Assembly: GCF_003044035.1 (NCBI RefSeq)
Contig: NZ_NVQC01000024.1
Location: forward strand, 1 to 32,000
DNA: 32,000 nucleotides
Direction: 5' to 3'
From: Candidatus Methylomirabilis limnetica
Lineage (GTDB): Bacteria; Methylomirabilota; Methylomirabilia; Methylomirabilales; Methylomirabilaceae
Under the pieces are notes generated by a model. That model searched no databases and was not told the origin of the DNA. It saw only the letters and a list, made by a program, of their open reading frames with translations. Of the stretch, positions 1 through 8,515 are shown piece after piece; position 1 is the first letter of the stretch; every line of letters starts with the position of its first letter. The translations under genes and the position numbers were made by a program.

Positions 1-190
1 ATGGACTGTCAGAGGGGCCAACGCAATTATCGCCCTACGTTGCTGTCAGATCAGTGGCCGGTGGGAGGAGTTTTGGGGAAATCGGGCAACGGGGTGAGAA
101 GCTTACCCATAAATTTGTCTTACACCCCCCGGAACTGGGTGCGCGGGGGATTGCAGGCGGAGGTTGACGGGGTGTTGATGCGGAAGCACG

Positions 191-520
191 TTACAGGTGT
201 TGTTGGACCTTTGTCTTGATGGCCGATTTCGCCATGGCGCCGACGATCTGCTCGACCTGCACCCCATCTTTGAAGAAGAGGATGGTCGGAATGCTTCGGA
301 TGCCGAATCGAGCCGAAGCCTGTCGATTCTCGTCCACATTCAGCTTGGCGATCGTGATCTGCCCCTCGCACTCGACCGCTAATTCTTCAAGGATCGGAGC
401 AATCATCCGGCATGGACCGCACCATTCAGCCCAGAAATCAACCAGGATCAGTCCAGTCCCTTTGATAACCTGTTCGTCAAAATTATGGTCAGTGACCTCA
501 ACGATCTTGCCTGACGCCAT
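191..520 (-). CDS. trxA: thioredoxin
   Basis: 109-aa ORF with the WCGPC active-site motif and typical thioredoxin length. A GGGAGGG Shine-Dalgarno lies a few nt upstream of the ATG. Confidence 0.93.
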   Translation of the reverse strand: MASGKIVEVTDHNFDEQVIKGTGLILVDFWAEWCGPCRMIAPILEELAVECEGQITIAKLNVDENRQASARFGIRSIPTILFFKDGVQVEQIVGAMAKSAIKTKVQQHL

Positions 521-648
521 ACATCCCTCCCGCTTTGCGCTTAATGCAGCAATGCCCTTACCGGGCCCCCCCCCGCAAGGGCAATCGTATGTTGCCCCTC
601 ATACTAAGAGAGATGAGATCGGCTGTCAAGCTGTTTGAAGGGGCCTGA

Positions 649-876
649 CTAACCTCTCACGTTGCAACTTGGAATAAGGAGACTGTTACGGCTTCTGGGA
701 AGTGAGGCGCTTCCCGTCGAGCTCCACGACCAACAGCGTGCGAGAGAGAGCAGCAGCACCCGCCCGTTTTTGGTGAGCACGATCATCCCGTGCCCGCTTA
801 ACTCCAGAGCCTGGCTCAGAAGCGTCATCTCCGCTGCATCTGCGTGTCGGACGTCATTCTGCGTTAACCGCTCCAT
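649..876 (-). CDS. hypothetical small protein (possibly frameshifted remnant)
   Basis: 75-aa ORF with a GGGGAG SD 6 nt upstream of the ATG. The N-terminal half (LLSQALELSGHGMIVLTKNGRV) looks like real protein. The C-terminal half is low-complexity (CWSWSSTGSAS), and an alternative frame reads more protein-like. Confidence 0.25.
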   Translation of the reverse strand: MERLTQNDVRHADAAEMTLLSQALELSGHGMIVLTKNGRVLLLSLARCWSWSSTGSASLPRSRNSLLIPSCNVRG

Positions 877-1261
877 CCCGTGCTCCCCCTGCTGAGGGCA
901 AAGCTATATACGCCAAAAAGCGTATTGCTACTACACGGGTGCCTATGATAAGTTAACTGGAAATTAAAGGGGACAGGTCCTAACGATCTGTATCCTCAGA
1001 CCAGCGAGTTTTGACCTCAACGGCGCCTACTTCCCTTTGATTTTGAGTGGCAAGGTGCGGATGGCAGGCCGGGAAGGAGGTAGGGCTGTAAAGCGCTGAA
1101 TGGTGAAGACGCTTCCGGGGCCACGAGGCGTGAAATCCGGCATGAGATGTCATACGGATGAGTTGCAAGCAGGGTTGGGATAACATTCAGTCACAACATG
1201 TAACGTTAACGTAGATGGTAGTCTGAGATTCTATTCTGGCCAACGAATAGGGAGAGAAGAT

Positions 1262-2077
1262 ATGATGATCAGCAAAAGATTCAAGACGAATATGTCCGTC
1301 ACGTTCGCCATCAGCGGCATGCTCCTCAGTACAATCATGCTGTCCGGAGGCGCAGCCTACGCAAAAAGCTCCGACAAAGACTGCAGTCAAGTGCCCACCC
1401 ATTCTGCCCTCAAGTCGGCTCTCACGACCGCCCGTAACGACGCAAGCAACAACGGGGGATTTGACCTCGACATGTGGGGTACCATCGTCAATCGCGATGG
1501 CTTCGTTTGTGCGGTCGCCTTCACTGGCGCCGATCGCGGCTCCCAGTGGCCTGGTAGTCGGGTGATCTCCGCCCAGAAGGCGAACACAGCCAATGCGTTC
1601 AGCTTGGCGGGCCTCTCCCTGTCCACTGCAAACCTGTGGGCGGCTGTACAGCCCGGTGGTTCGCTGTTTGGGTTGCAGCACAGCAACCCGGTCGACACAG
1701 GGGAAGCCTACGATGGACCGTCCTCAAAATTCGGTCAGTCGAACGATCCCCTGGTTGGCGGCAGGATGGGAGGCGTGAATGTGTTCGGCGGCGGGTTGGC
1801 CATGTACAACTCTTCCGGCGTTCTAGTCGGTGCTGTTGGCGTCAGCGGTGATACGTCGTGCGCTGACCATAACATCGCATGGCGAACCCGGCACACCTTG
1901 AACATGGACTTTGTGCCAGGCGGAGTTGGTGCCGACGCAACTCGCGCTGATAACATCAATTATCAGGGAATTGTGGCGGCACCAAGCGTCGCGAATGACT
2001 TCTCTCACCCGATCTGTAAGATTGGTGGTGCCGACGGTGTTTCAGCGATCAGCGCTGCGTTGCCGGTAACGCAATAG
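1262..2077 (+). CDS. secreted GlcG/HbpS-like (DUF336) putative heme-binding protein
   Basis: 271-aa ORF with an N-terminal signal peptide (AISGMLLSTIMLSGGAAYA). Core matches the GlcG/DUF336 pattern (VNRDGFVCAV..., ISAQKANTANAF, GGGLAMYNSSGVLVGAVGVSGDTSCADHNIA). GGGAGAG SD upstream. Confidence 0.7.
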   Translation: MMISKRFKTNMSVTFAISGMLLSTIMLSGGAAYAKSSDKDCSQVPTHSALKSALTTARNDASNNGGFDLDMWGTIVNRDGFVCAVAFTGADRGSQWPGSRVISAQKANTANAFSLAGLSLSTANLWAAVQPGGSLFGLQHSNPVDTGEAYDGPSSKFGQSNDPLVGGRMGGVNVFGGGLAMYNSSGVLVGAVGVSGDTSCADHNIAWRTRHTLNMDFVPGGVGADATRADNINYQGIVAAPSVANDFSHPICKIGGADGVSAISAALPVTQ

Positions 2078-2195
2078 CTTGGGGTGACAGCAGGACGAGT
2101 CAGGGGATAGCTTGACGAGCGCGGATCGTGATGTGATGTTCTACTGACACGGCGACATCTGCCCAAGGATTCATCGGCAGGAGCGTTCAAATGGC

Positions 2196-2234
2196 CAGTG
2201 GGCTGTGGCATCACAGGTGTGCTACAGCCCACTG
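2196..2234 (+). other. perfect 11-bp inverted repeat hairpin (CAGTGGGCTGT / ACAGCCCACTG, 17-nt loop) downstream of the GlcG-like gene
   Basis: Read directly from the sequence. There is no trailing U-tract, so it is not a canonical intrinsic terminator. Confidence 0.3.
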
Positions 2235-2258
2235 CCATGTTCGGCGCTTCCTCACACC

Positions 2259-2340
2259 TTACTACTCAGGTGTTTAGGCTGAAGGCTGTTAGTCGTTGCA
2301 CATGAACAGAATCAAGGCGCCCAGAACCTTTTCGGTCTCC
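2259..2340. repeat. partial copy (left end only) of MITE family A (GGCTGAAGG-armed element)
   Basis: ACTACTCAGGTGTTTAGGCTGAAGGCT plus internal GAACAGAATCAAGGCGCCCAGAACCTTTTCGGT aligns by eye with the left halves of the copies at 3301 and 27228. No right arm was found. Confidence 0.5.
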
Positions 2341-2378
2341 ATAAGAACTGTAACATCATGAAAAACGAGGTTGTCGTA

Positions 2379-2541
2379 ATCACAATATGCTGTCCAAATT
2401 GTCAGTACAAACTACTACATTCAAAACCCCCTCAATCCCCCTTTCTCAAAGGGGGAAATATGGTGCCCCTCTGGATTCCCGCTCACCGCTTCAAGCATGC
2501 GGGGACAAGCTTCGCTGGAATGACGTCAATTTTTGTGATTT
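2379..2541. repeat. repeat family B copy (CCCCCTTTnnnAAAGGGGG hairpin module plus GGAATGACG-type module)
   Basis: AAAACCCCCTCAATCCCCCTTTCTCAAAGGGGGAAA aligns with the reverse complement of 18985-19025. It is bounded by the 8-bp inverted repeat AATCACAA / TTGTGATT. Boundaries are approximate. Confidence 0.45.
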
Positions 2542-2592
2542 ATGACAGAAAGCTGAGTTGACGGCACGGCACAAGTATGCTATCCGTAGCCT

Positions 2593-3339
2593 ATGAAGAA
2601 ATCGACACAGGCGGCCGCGGAATCGCTTCCTAACTCTGTCTGCGGCTATCATTTTCAAGACCTGACGCTCCTTAAGGCTGCCTTAACCCACCCCTCCTCG
2701 ACCGATCCCTCGCAGGCGGATGTGCGTCTTCACTATCAGCGGCTCGAGTTCCTTGGAGATGCAGTCTGGAGCCTCTATGTTAGCGATGCCCTCGTCTCCC
2801 TGCTTCCGACAGCCTCGGAGGGCGAGCTCACCATACGTCGAGCGAGCCTTGTGAGCGGCGCTGCGCTGGCCGAAATGGCGATGTCCCACGGCCTTGCACC
2901 GCTGCTCTTACTGAGCAAGGGAGAGGAGTTAACGGGGGGCAGGCAAAAGGCCAGAGTCCTCGCAAGTACTTTTGAGGCGGTGATAGGGGCGATCTACCTG
3001 GACGATGGCGTAAGGGAAATCCATAACCTGGCGCGTGAGGCGTGTGTCAACGCCCTCAGCGGGGAAGCGTTGGACCACGATCCAAAAACCGCCTTGCAAC
3101 AGCTTGCTCAATCGCTCCTTCGCGCGACCCCACGGTATCGTCTGCTCTGTCGATCCGGACCTCCTCACGCCCCAACATTCGAGGTCGAGGTGGTCGTCGA
3201 GCGATCACCGATTGCGAAGGGAAAGGGACGAAGCAGGCAGGAGGCCGAGCAGGAGGCTGCTCGAGCCGCACTCATATTACTGCCTGACCTAGTATCTACA
3301 GTAACTACTCAGGTAGATAGGCTGAAGGCTGAAGGCTGA
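2593..3339 (+). CDS. rnc: ribonuclease III
   Basis: 248-aa ORF with the RNase III signature ERLEFLGDAV and a C-terminal dsRBD (GPPHAPTFEVEV...GRSRQEAEQEAARAAL). The last 12 codons and the stop are encoded by the MITE at 3301-3523. Confidence 0.93.
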   Translation: MKKSTQAAAESLPNSVCGYHFQDLTLLKAALTHPSSTDPSQADVRLHYQRLEFLGDAVWSLYVSDALVSLLPTASEGELTIRRASLVSGAALAEMAMSHGLAPLLLLSKGEELTGGRQKARVLASTFEAVIGAIYLDDGVREIHNLAREACVNALSGEALDHDPKTALQQLAQSLLRATPRYRLLCRSGPPHAPTFEVEVVVERSPIAKGKGRSRQEAEQEAARAALILLPDLVSTVTTQVDRLKAEG

Positions 3340-3523
3340 AGGCTCTAAATCATCTTGCAAGACACGAATCAAGCGATTCCAGGCTGGTTCGGCTTCTACG
3401 AATTTTGGTTCTCTCGGAGGGGAATCCTTATTGGCCAAGAAGCCAACACGCTTCGACATCTTGTGCCTTCATCGTTTTATCCCTAAAAGGCTTCAGCCTT
3501 CAGTCTATCTACCTGAATTATTT
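3301..3523. mobile_element. MITE family A, full-length copy (223 bp) with 9-bp target-site duplication
   Basis: Terminal inverted repeats at 3309-3337 and 3488-3516 (29 nt, 2 mismatches) contain GGCTGAA heptads. Exact 9-bp direct repeats GTATCTACA lie at 3292-3300 and 3524-3532. No ORF inside. Confidence 0.75.
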
Positions 3524-3580
3524 GTATCTACAACATCTAGTAGTCAAATATAAGTTAACCACTGAGACTTGTATTTTGTC

Positions 3581-3610
3581 TTGACAAATGGGGAACGGGG
3601 TTGGTAGTTT
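3581..3610 (+). promoter_or_regulatory. candidate sigma70-type promoter upstream of smc
   Basis: TTGACA (3581-3586), 18-nt spacer, TAGTTT (3605-3610). Sequence match only. Confidence 0.25.
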
Positions 3611-3734
3611 GTGTGGCAACGCCGGGTCGTTTCTGAAATCAGTTCTTGGAGGTCTCACCATGAATCACAGTAGGGCGGCGCTAGTAGCTGCCGGCGGTAG
3701 GCTTAATGCAGCATTTCACAACTTTACCCACGAA

Positions 3735-3803
3735 TCCGTTCACCCTGAGCCAGTCGAAGGGTGGCCTTCCCGTTCATGGTTCGACAAGCTCACCACGAAC
3801 GGA
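3735..3803. repeat. repeat family C: GC-rich imperfect hairpin element
   Basis: TCCGTTCACCCTGAGCCAGTCGAAGGG ... GGTTCGACAAGCTCACCACGAACGGA. Near-identical arms occur at 19607-19685 in the same orientation. Its translation gives the spurious FDKLTTNG-type ORF. Confidence 0.6.
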
Positions 3804-3839
3804 TACGTGACCGTAATTGTGAAGCGGACCACTTAGGCG

Positions 3840-6800
3840 ATGAGGCTTCTGCGATTAACGGCTTTCGGCTTCAAGTCGTTCGCTGAGAAGGTCGAGGTAG
3901 CCTTCGAGCCTGGCGTCACCGCTATTGTCGGCCCGAACGGATGCGGCAAGAGCAATCTCTCCGACGCGATTCGGTGGGCCCTCGGCGAGCAGCGCGCGAA
4001 GTTGCTGCGCGGGGATCGCATGGACGATCTGATCTTCGCCGGGAACAGCGTCCGGAAGCCGCTTGGCATGGCGGAGGTTTCTCTGATCTTTACGGATAAC
4101 TATGGCAACATCCCGACTGAATTTCACGAAGTTACGGTCACTCGCCGATTGTACCGTTCCGGTGAAAGTGAATACCTCCTGAATCACGTTCCGTGCCGCC
4201 TGCGCGATATCACCGATCTGTTCCTGGATACCGGGTTCGGATCCGAGCCTTATGCACTGATCGAACAAGGCAGCATCGGTAATATCGTCAGCGCCAAGCC
4301 CTCCGAGCGTCGGCTCCTCATTGAGGAGGCTGCCGGCATCATGACCTACAAGGTCCGGAAGAGGTCTGCCCTCTCCAAGCTGGAGGCGGCGGAACTTAAC
4401 CTGCTCCGGGTGAGCGACATTATCCAGGAGGTGGAGCGACAAAGGAATTCCCTCAAACGGCAGGCGAATAAGGCGGAGCGCTATCGCACCTACCAGGACC
4501 GGGCGCTTGAGCTCAAGGGCTTTCTGAAGTTCTCCGAACTGCAGCGGTTGCGGCAGCAGCTCACGCTACTCCAGGATTCAGCCCTTGCAGCGCAAGGCGA
4601 GGTGGACTCGCTGCAGGCCGCAGTGGTTGCCGTAGAGGCTGAACAGGAGGCCGTACGAATCCGCGAGCTAGAGCAGGAACAGGCGAGGGCTGTCTCGCAG
4701 GAGCGACTCCACGAATTGCGGACCCACCTGTCTCGCGATGAAGCCGAGCTCAACCACTTGCGACAGATGTTGGATGAATCAGCGCTTCGGAAAAAGGAGC
4801 GGCGGGACCGCTCGGCACACCTGCAGAGTCGACGTGTAGCCCTGGCGCAGCAGGAGGCCGAAGTCAGAGAGCAGGAACAGCTTCTGGCCGGCGAGCTGCA
4901 TGCCAGCCGCGCGCAGCTCGATCTCAAGTCTTCGGAACTACATGTGCTGGAGGAGACGATCGCGACGGCGGCGCAAGCGTTCGAGGCCAAGCGACGACGT
5001 CTCATCCAGGACGCGGCAGCCCTGGCAGACCGTCGCAATCACCTGACCGGCCTCCGAGAGCGGCAACGTCTCTACGGCACGCAGCGTGATGTGGCCGCCC
5101 TGCGCACGGCTCGGATCGAGCAGCAGGATCGCGACCTGGTCCCCTTGGAGGAGGAACAGCGCGCCGTCCTCGAGCGGGCGGTCGCACAACTGACCCTCCT
5201 GCAGGCAGAGCGGAAGGAGCTGACACAGCAAACGGCTGAGGAGGAAACCGAGCGGGAGTCCAACAAGCCTCAACTAGAGGCAATCAGGGGGGAGTCGGCC
5301 AAACTCCACAGTCGCCTGGCTTCACTCATCGAGCTCAGTCAGAGCTTTGAAGGGTACGCTGACGGCCACCGGTACCTGCTCCAGCAAAAGGCCCAGGGTG
5401 AGGCGAGGCTCCACGGGTTGCGGAACTCGCTGGCCGAGTTGCTTGAGGTACCTGATCGCTACGAACGCGCCATCGAAGCACTGCTCGGCGATGCCTTGCA
5501 GGGTCTGGCGATGCAACGGGCGGAAGACGTCCAAGAGGCCATACGGTTGCTCACCGAGCGAGGACAGGGTCGTGCAACCTTCCTCCTTCACCCGGAAGCG
5601 ATCAGCGGTCAGCGGTCAGCGATCAGCGATCAGGACGGAACGCCGGCGGCTAGGCTGCGTGAGATCATTCCTTCCTCAGGGGCTTCTGTCGAGGGTCTTG
5701 CGCTCGATTTGATCCGCTTCGCCGAAGGCGATCGGCCGCTGGTGGAAGCCCTCCTCGCCGACGGGGTCATCGTCAGGGAGTTGTCCGATGCGCTCGCGCT
5801 CAGAGCCTCCCTCCCCTCCCCCTTTGCGATAGCGACACTTACCGGCGAGCTCGTCACCAGTCGGGGAATCATCGCCGGCGGCCCGGGAGGAGATTCCGGC
5901 ATCCTTCCGCGACGACGGGAAATCGCCCGGCTTCAGGGTCGTGTCCGAGAGCTGCACGACAGTCTTCAGGCTGTCGAAACCTCATGGGAGGCGTCCTGTC
6001 GCCGCTCGGCCCATTTTGCGGAATCGTTGGAGTTGCTTAACCAGCGCCTCCACGAATTGGAGATTGAGCGCCTCAAGGCGGAGGCGACCTGTTCCCATAC
6101 GAGCGGGGAACGGCGACGCCTCATGCAGCAGATCGAGGTGCTGACCTATGAAGCCAGGAGTCATGAAGAGGACCTTCGCGTACTCAGTGAGGAGATCCGC
6201 ACGATCGAGCACTCGCTATTAGAGCTCGAGGGACGAGACCAGGCGACTCAGATCGAGACCGTGAAGCTCGAGGCCGAGGCAGTCGCCCGGCAGCAGGAAC
6301 GGGACGGCCTCATCCGGGAGGTGGGAGAATCCCGCGTCCAGCTCACGGCGCTGCTAGGTCGTCGGGAGATCCTGACCCACAGCCTTACCAGGACTGTCGA
6401 AGAGCTGGGCCAGGTGGGGGGCGAGCTGGAGTCGCTTGAAGGCGAGCTTGTCGAGCAACAGCTTCGGGAGACCAAGATGGAGGCCGCTGTGATACAGCTT
6501 CAGACGCGGCTTACTTCCCTGGTTGCGGAGGAGCAAGTGGCGCAGCGGCTCGTCGTCACACAGGACGAGGCGCGCCGGGAGCTGAGTGAGAGGCGCCAGT
6601 CCATTGACGATCGCCTTCGGGGGCTAAAGCAGTCGCTGGCAGAAAAGCAACAGGCCTGGAGTGACGCGGCGATCCGACTCGCAGAACTGCGAAACACGAT
6701 CTCGCTCCTTGAGGAGGCACTGAGAAAAGAAGGACCTCAAGAGGTGGAGGCCATTGCCCTGCGACTCTCCAGCAGCGGCCTCGAGGTCGAAGCGGCCAAC

Positions 6801-7439
6801 AATGAACTTGACAATCTGACGACCAAGATCGCGGAACTGGGCGCGGTCAATATGGCTGCATTGGAGGAATATCAGGAGCTGGCCGAGCGGCACAGCTTCC
6901 TCTCCGCTCAGGTCGAAGACCTCTCATCGTCAGCTCACTCTCTCCGGACAGCCATTTCGGAGATCAATCATACGATTCAGCAGCGGTTCAACGAGACCCT
7001 CGAGACCGTGGCCGGCCATTTGGATCGGCTCTGGAATTGCCTCATCCCGGGAGGCCAGGCGTTTCTCAGCCTGGCCGAACTCGAGCCTGGGGAGGAGGAG
7101 CCAGGCGTCGAGATGGCAGTTCGGATCCCCGGCAAGCGCGCTGCCCTCAATCTGCTGTCAGGAGGCGAGAAGGCGTTGGCGGCGCTCTCTCTCCTGCTGG
7201 CGTTGTTTCACACCCGTCCCAGCCCATTCTGCCTATTGGACGAAGTCGATGCCCCCCTTGACGACGCGAATGCCGAGCGCTTCGCCTCCCTTCTGAAGGA
7301 AATGGCATCAAGCGCCCAGTTCCTCCTCATCACTCACAACAAGCGGACGATGGCGGCCGCAGACCTCTTGTACGGGGTCACCATGGAGGAGCACGGCGTC
7401 TCGAAGCTCCTCTCTCTTCGCATGGGTCGAGCTGCTTGA
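3840..7439 (+). CDS. smc: chromosome segregation protein SMC
   Basis: 1199-aa ORF. It has Walker A GPNGCGKSN, long coiled coils, a hinge (GRATFL), the signature LSGGEKAL and Walker B FCLLDEVDAPLD. Confidence 0.95.
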   Translation: MRLLRLTAFGFKSFAEKVEVAFEPGVTAIVGPNGCGKSNLSDAIRWALGEQRAKLLRGDRMDDLIFAGNSVRKPLGMAEVSLIFTDNYGNIPTEFHEVTVTRRLYRSGESEYLLNHVPCRLRDITDLFLDTGFGSEPYALIEQGSIGNIVSAKPSERRLLIEEAAGIMTYKVRKRSALSKLEAAELNLLRVSDIIQEVERQRNSLKRQANKAERYRTYQDRALELKGFLKFSELQRLRQQLTLLQDSALAAQGEVDSLQAAVVAVEAEQEAVRIRELEQEQARAVSQERLHELRTHLSRDEAELNHLRQMLDESALRKKERRDRSAHLQSRRVALAQQEAEVREQEQLLAGELHASRAQLDLKSSELHVLEETIATAAQAFEAKRRRLIQDAAALADRRNHLTGLRERQRLYGTQRDVAALRTARIEQQDRDLVPLEEEQRAVLERAVAQLTLLQAERKELTQQTAEEETERESNKPQLEAIRGESAKLHSRLASLIELSQSFEGYADGHRYLLQQKAQGEARLHGLRNSLAELLEVPDRYERAIEALLGDALQGLAMQRAEDVQEAIRLLTERGQGRATFLLHPEAISGQRSAISDQDGTPAARLREIIPSSGASVEGLALDLIRFAEGDRPLVEALLADGVIVRELSDALALRASLPSPFAIATLTGELVTSRGIIAGGPGGDSGILPRRREIARLQGRVRELHDSLQAVETSWEASCRRSAHFAESLELLNQRLHELEIERLKAEATCSHTSGERRRLMQQIEVLTYEARSHEEDLRVLSEEIRTIEHSLLELEGRDQATQIETVKLEAEAVARQQERDGLIREVGESRVQLTALLGRREILTHSLTRTVEELGQVGGELESLEGELVEQQLRETKMEAAVIQLQTRLTSLVAEEQVAQRLVVTQDEARRELSERRQSIDDRLRGLKQSLAEKQQAWSDAAIRLAELRNTISLLEEALRKEGPQEVEAIALRLSSSGLEVEAANNELDNLTTKIAELGAVNMAALEEYQELAERHSFLSAQVEDLSSSAHSLRTAISEINHTIQQRFNETLETVAGHLDRLWNCLIPGGQAFLSLAELEPGEEEPGVEMAVRIPGKRAALNLLSGGEKALAALSLLLALFHTRPSPFCLLDEVDAPLDDANAERFASLLKEMASSAQFLLITHNKRTMAAADLLYGVTMEEHGVSKLLSLRMGRAA
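5598..5632 (+). repeat. five tandem heptads (GCGATCA GCGGTCA GCGGTCA GCGATCA GCGATCA) inside smc coding sequence
   Basis: Read directly; encodes AISGQRSAISDQ. The 19-nt string GAAGCGATCAGCGGTCAGC (5595-5613) is identical to 11680-11698 in the ribBA-ribH intergenic hairpin. Confidence 0.8.
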
Positions 7440-7464
7440 CGTGGGGATTGACAGGTAGGTCTGC

Positions 7465-8409
7465 ATGATCATGAACGACACAGCACGGAAAGGCCTTTTC
7501 GGGCGATTCGTGGCCGGCCTCGCTCGAACCCGCCAAGGATTGGTGGGGCAGATTGAGCGACTATTTGGCGGGAATATCCCAACTGCTGCTAATCTGGAGA
7601 CACTCGAAGAACTCCTGATCGCCGCCGATTTCGGTCCGGCGCTGGCGCAACAACTCATGGCGCCCCTTCAGGAGCGTCTTGGCCGCCGTGATCTCAGTAA
7701 CCTTGATCAGGTAGAGGCCGCCCTCAAGCAAGGTATCCTCGCTATCCTGAACGGGACCGCTCCTCCACCTTCGTCCATAGATCATCATACTAAACCCCAG
7801 GTTTTGCTCTTTCTCGGAATCAACGGTTCCGGCAAGACCACCACTATCGGGAAGCTCGCGAACCGTCTCAGCAGCAACGGCGGGCTCGTGGTGTTAGCCG
7901 GGGCCGACACCTTTCGGGCGGCGGCCATCGAGCAGCTTCAACTGTGGGGCCGGCGCGTGGGCGCCGATGTGATATGCCACCAGGCCGGAGCCGATCCCTC
8001 TGCTGTCGTATTCGATGCCGTGCAAGCCGCATGCTCACGCGGCGCAAGCCACCTGCTTATCGATACCGCAGGTCGCCTGCACACCAAACGAAATCTGATG
8101 GAGGAACTGAAGAAGATCCAGCGAGTGGCTTCCCGGCAGATGCCGGACGCGCCTCACGAACGGATCATGGTTATCGATGCCACGTCTGGCCTGAACGCAC
8201 TGGTCCAGGCAAAGGCATTTCATGAGGCTGTGGGACTGACTGGCCTGATCTTGACCAAGCTGGACGGCACCGCAAGGGGCGGCGTCGTAGTCGCTATCGC
8301 CGATCAGTTGAAACTGCCGATCACCTTCGTCGGTCTGGGCGAGGGCGTTGACGACCTGCAGCCGTTTGTGCCAGAAGCCTTCACGGACGCCCTGTTCGCA
8401 CGATCCTAG
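7465..8409 (+). CDS. ftsY: signal recognition particle receptor FtsY
   Basis: 314-aa ORF with SRP GTPase motifs GINGSGKTTT, DTAGR and TKLDG. It is the short form lacking an acidic A domain. Confidence 0.93.
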   Translation: MIMNDTARKGLFGRFVAGLARTRQGLVGQIERLFGGNIPTAANLETLEELLIAADFGPALAQQLMAPLQERLGRRDLSNLDQVEAALKQGILAILNGTAPPPSSIDHHTKPQVLLFLGINGSGKTTTIGKLANRLSSNGGLVVLAGADTFRAAAIEQLQLWGRRVGADVICHQAGADPSAVVFDAVQAACSRGASHLLIDTAGRLHTKRNLMEELKKIQRVASRQMPDAPHERIMVIDATSGLNALVQAKAFHEAVGLTGLILTKLDGTARGGVVVAIADQLKLPITFVGLGEGVDDLQPFVPEAFTDALFARS

Positions 8410-8433
8410 CATCCCATCCGATCAGTTTTCATC

Positions 8434-8462
8434 TTGACACCCCTGTGACCCAGTGCTAGGGT
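8434..8462 (+). promoter_or_regulatory. candidate sigma70-type promoter for the rib operon
   Basis: TTGACA (8434-8439), 17-nt spacer, TAGGGT (8457-8462). Sequence match only. Confidence 0.3.
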
Positions 8463-8515
8463 AAATGGTTGTATTTACTAAGAAAGTACGCTTTCTCTTA
8501 TTGAGGCGAGATGTT

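Noticed and set aside
1-190. 72-aa ORF at the left edge and possible trxA terminator
   Set aside because: The translation is not protein-like. Only weak 5-bp stems without U-tracts occur downstream of trxA, and the region is truncated by the window edge.
1203-1212. Perfect 10-bp palindrome ACGTTAACGT about 50 nt upstream of the GlcG-like gene, as a possible operator
   Set aside because: About 30 such 10-bp palindromes are expected by chance in 32 kb, and there is no second half-site or supporting context.
2358-2561. 67-aa ORF (…SPFLKGGNMVPLWIPAHRFKHAGTSFAGMTS…)
   Set aside because: It is read entirely through family B hairpin repeats. The PFLKGG and FAGMT peptides are typical repeat-translation artefacts, and there is no RBS.
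3588-3836. 82-aa ORF ending …PEPVEGWPSRSWFDKLTTNGYV…
   Set aside because: It spans the family C hairpin element and lies in the rnc-smc spacer. It is a repeat-translation artefact.
3855-7261. Numerous long ORFs antisense to or out of frame with smc (e.g. 3855-4442, 4490-5038, 4938-5273)
   Set aside because: Their Ser/Cys/Arg-rich low-complexity translations are typical of antisense frames of GC-rich coiled-coil genes. The smc frame has all the SMC motifs.
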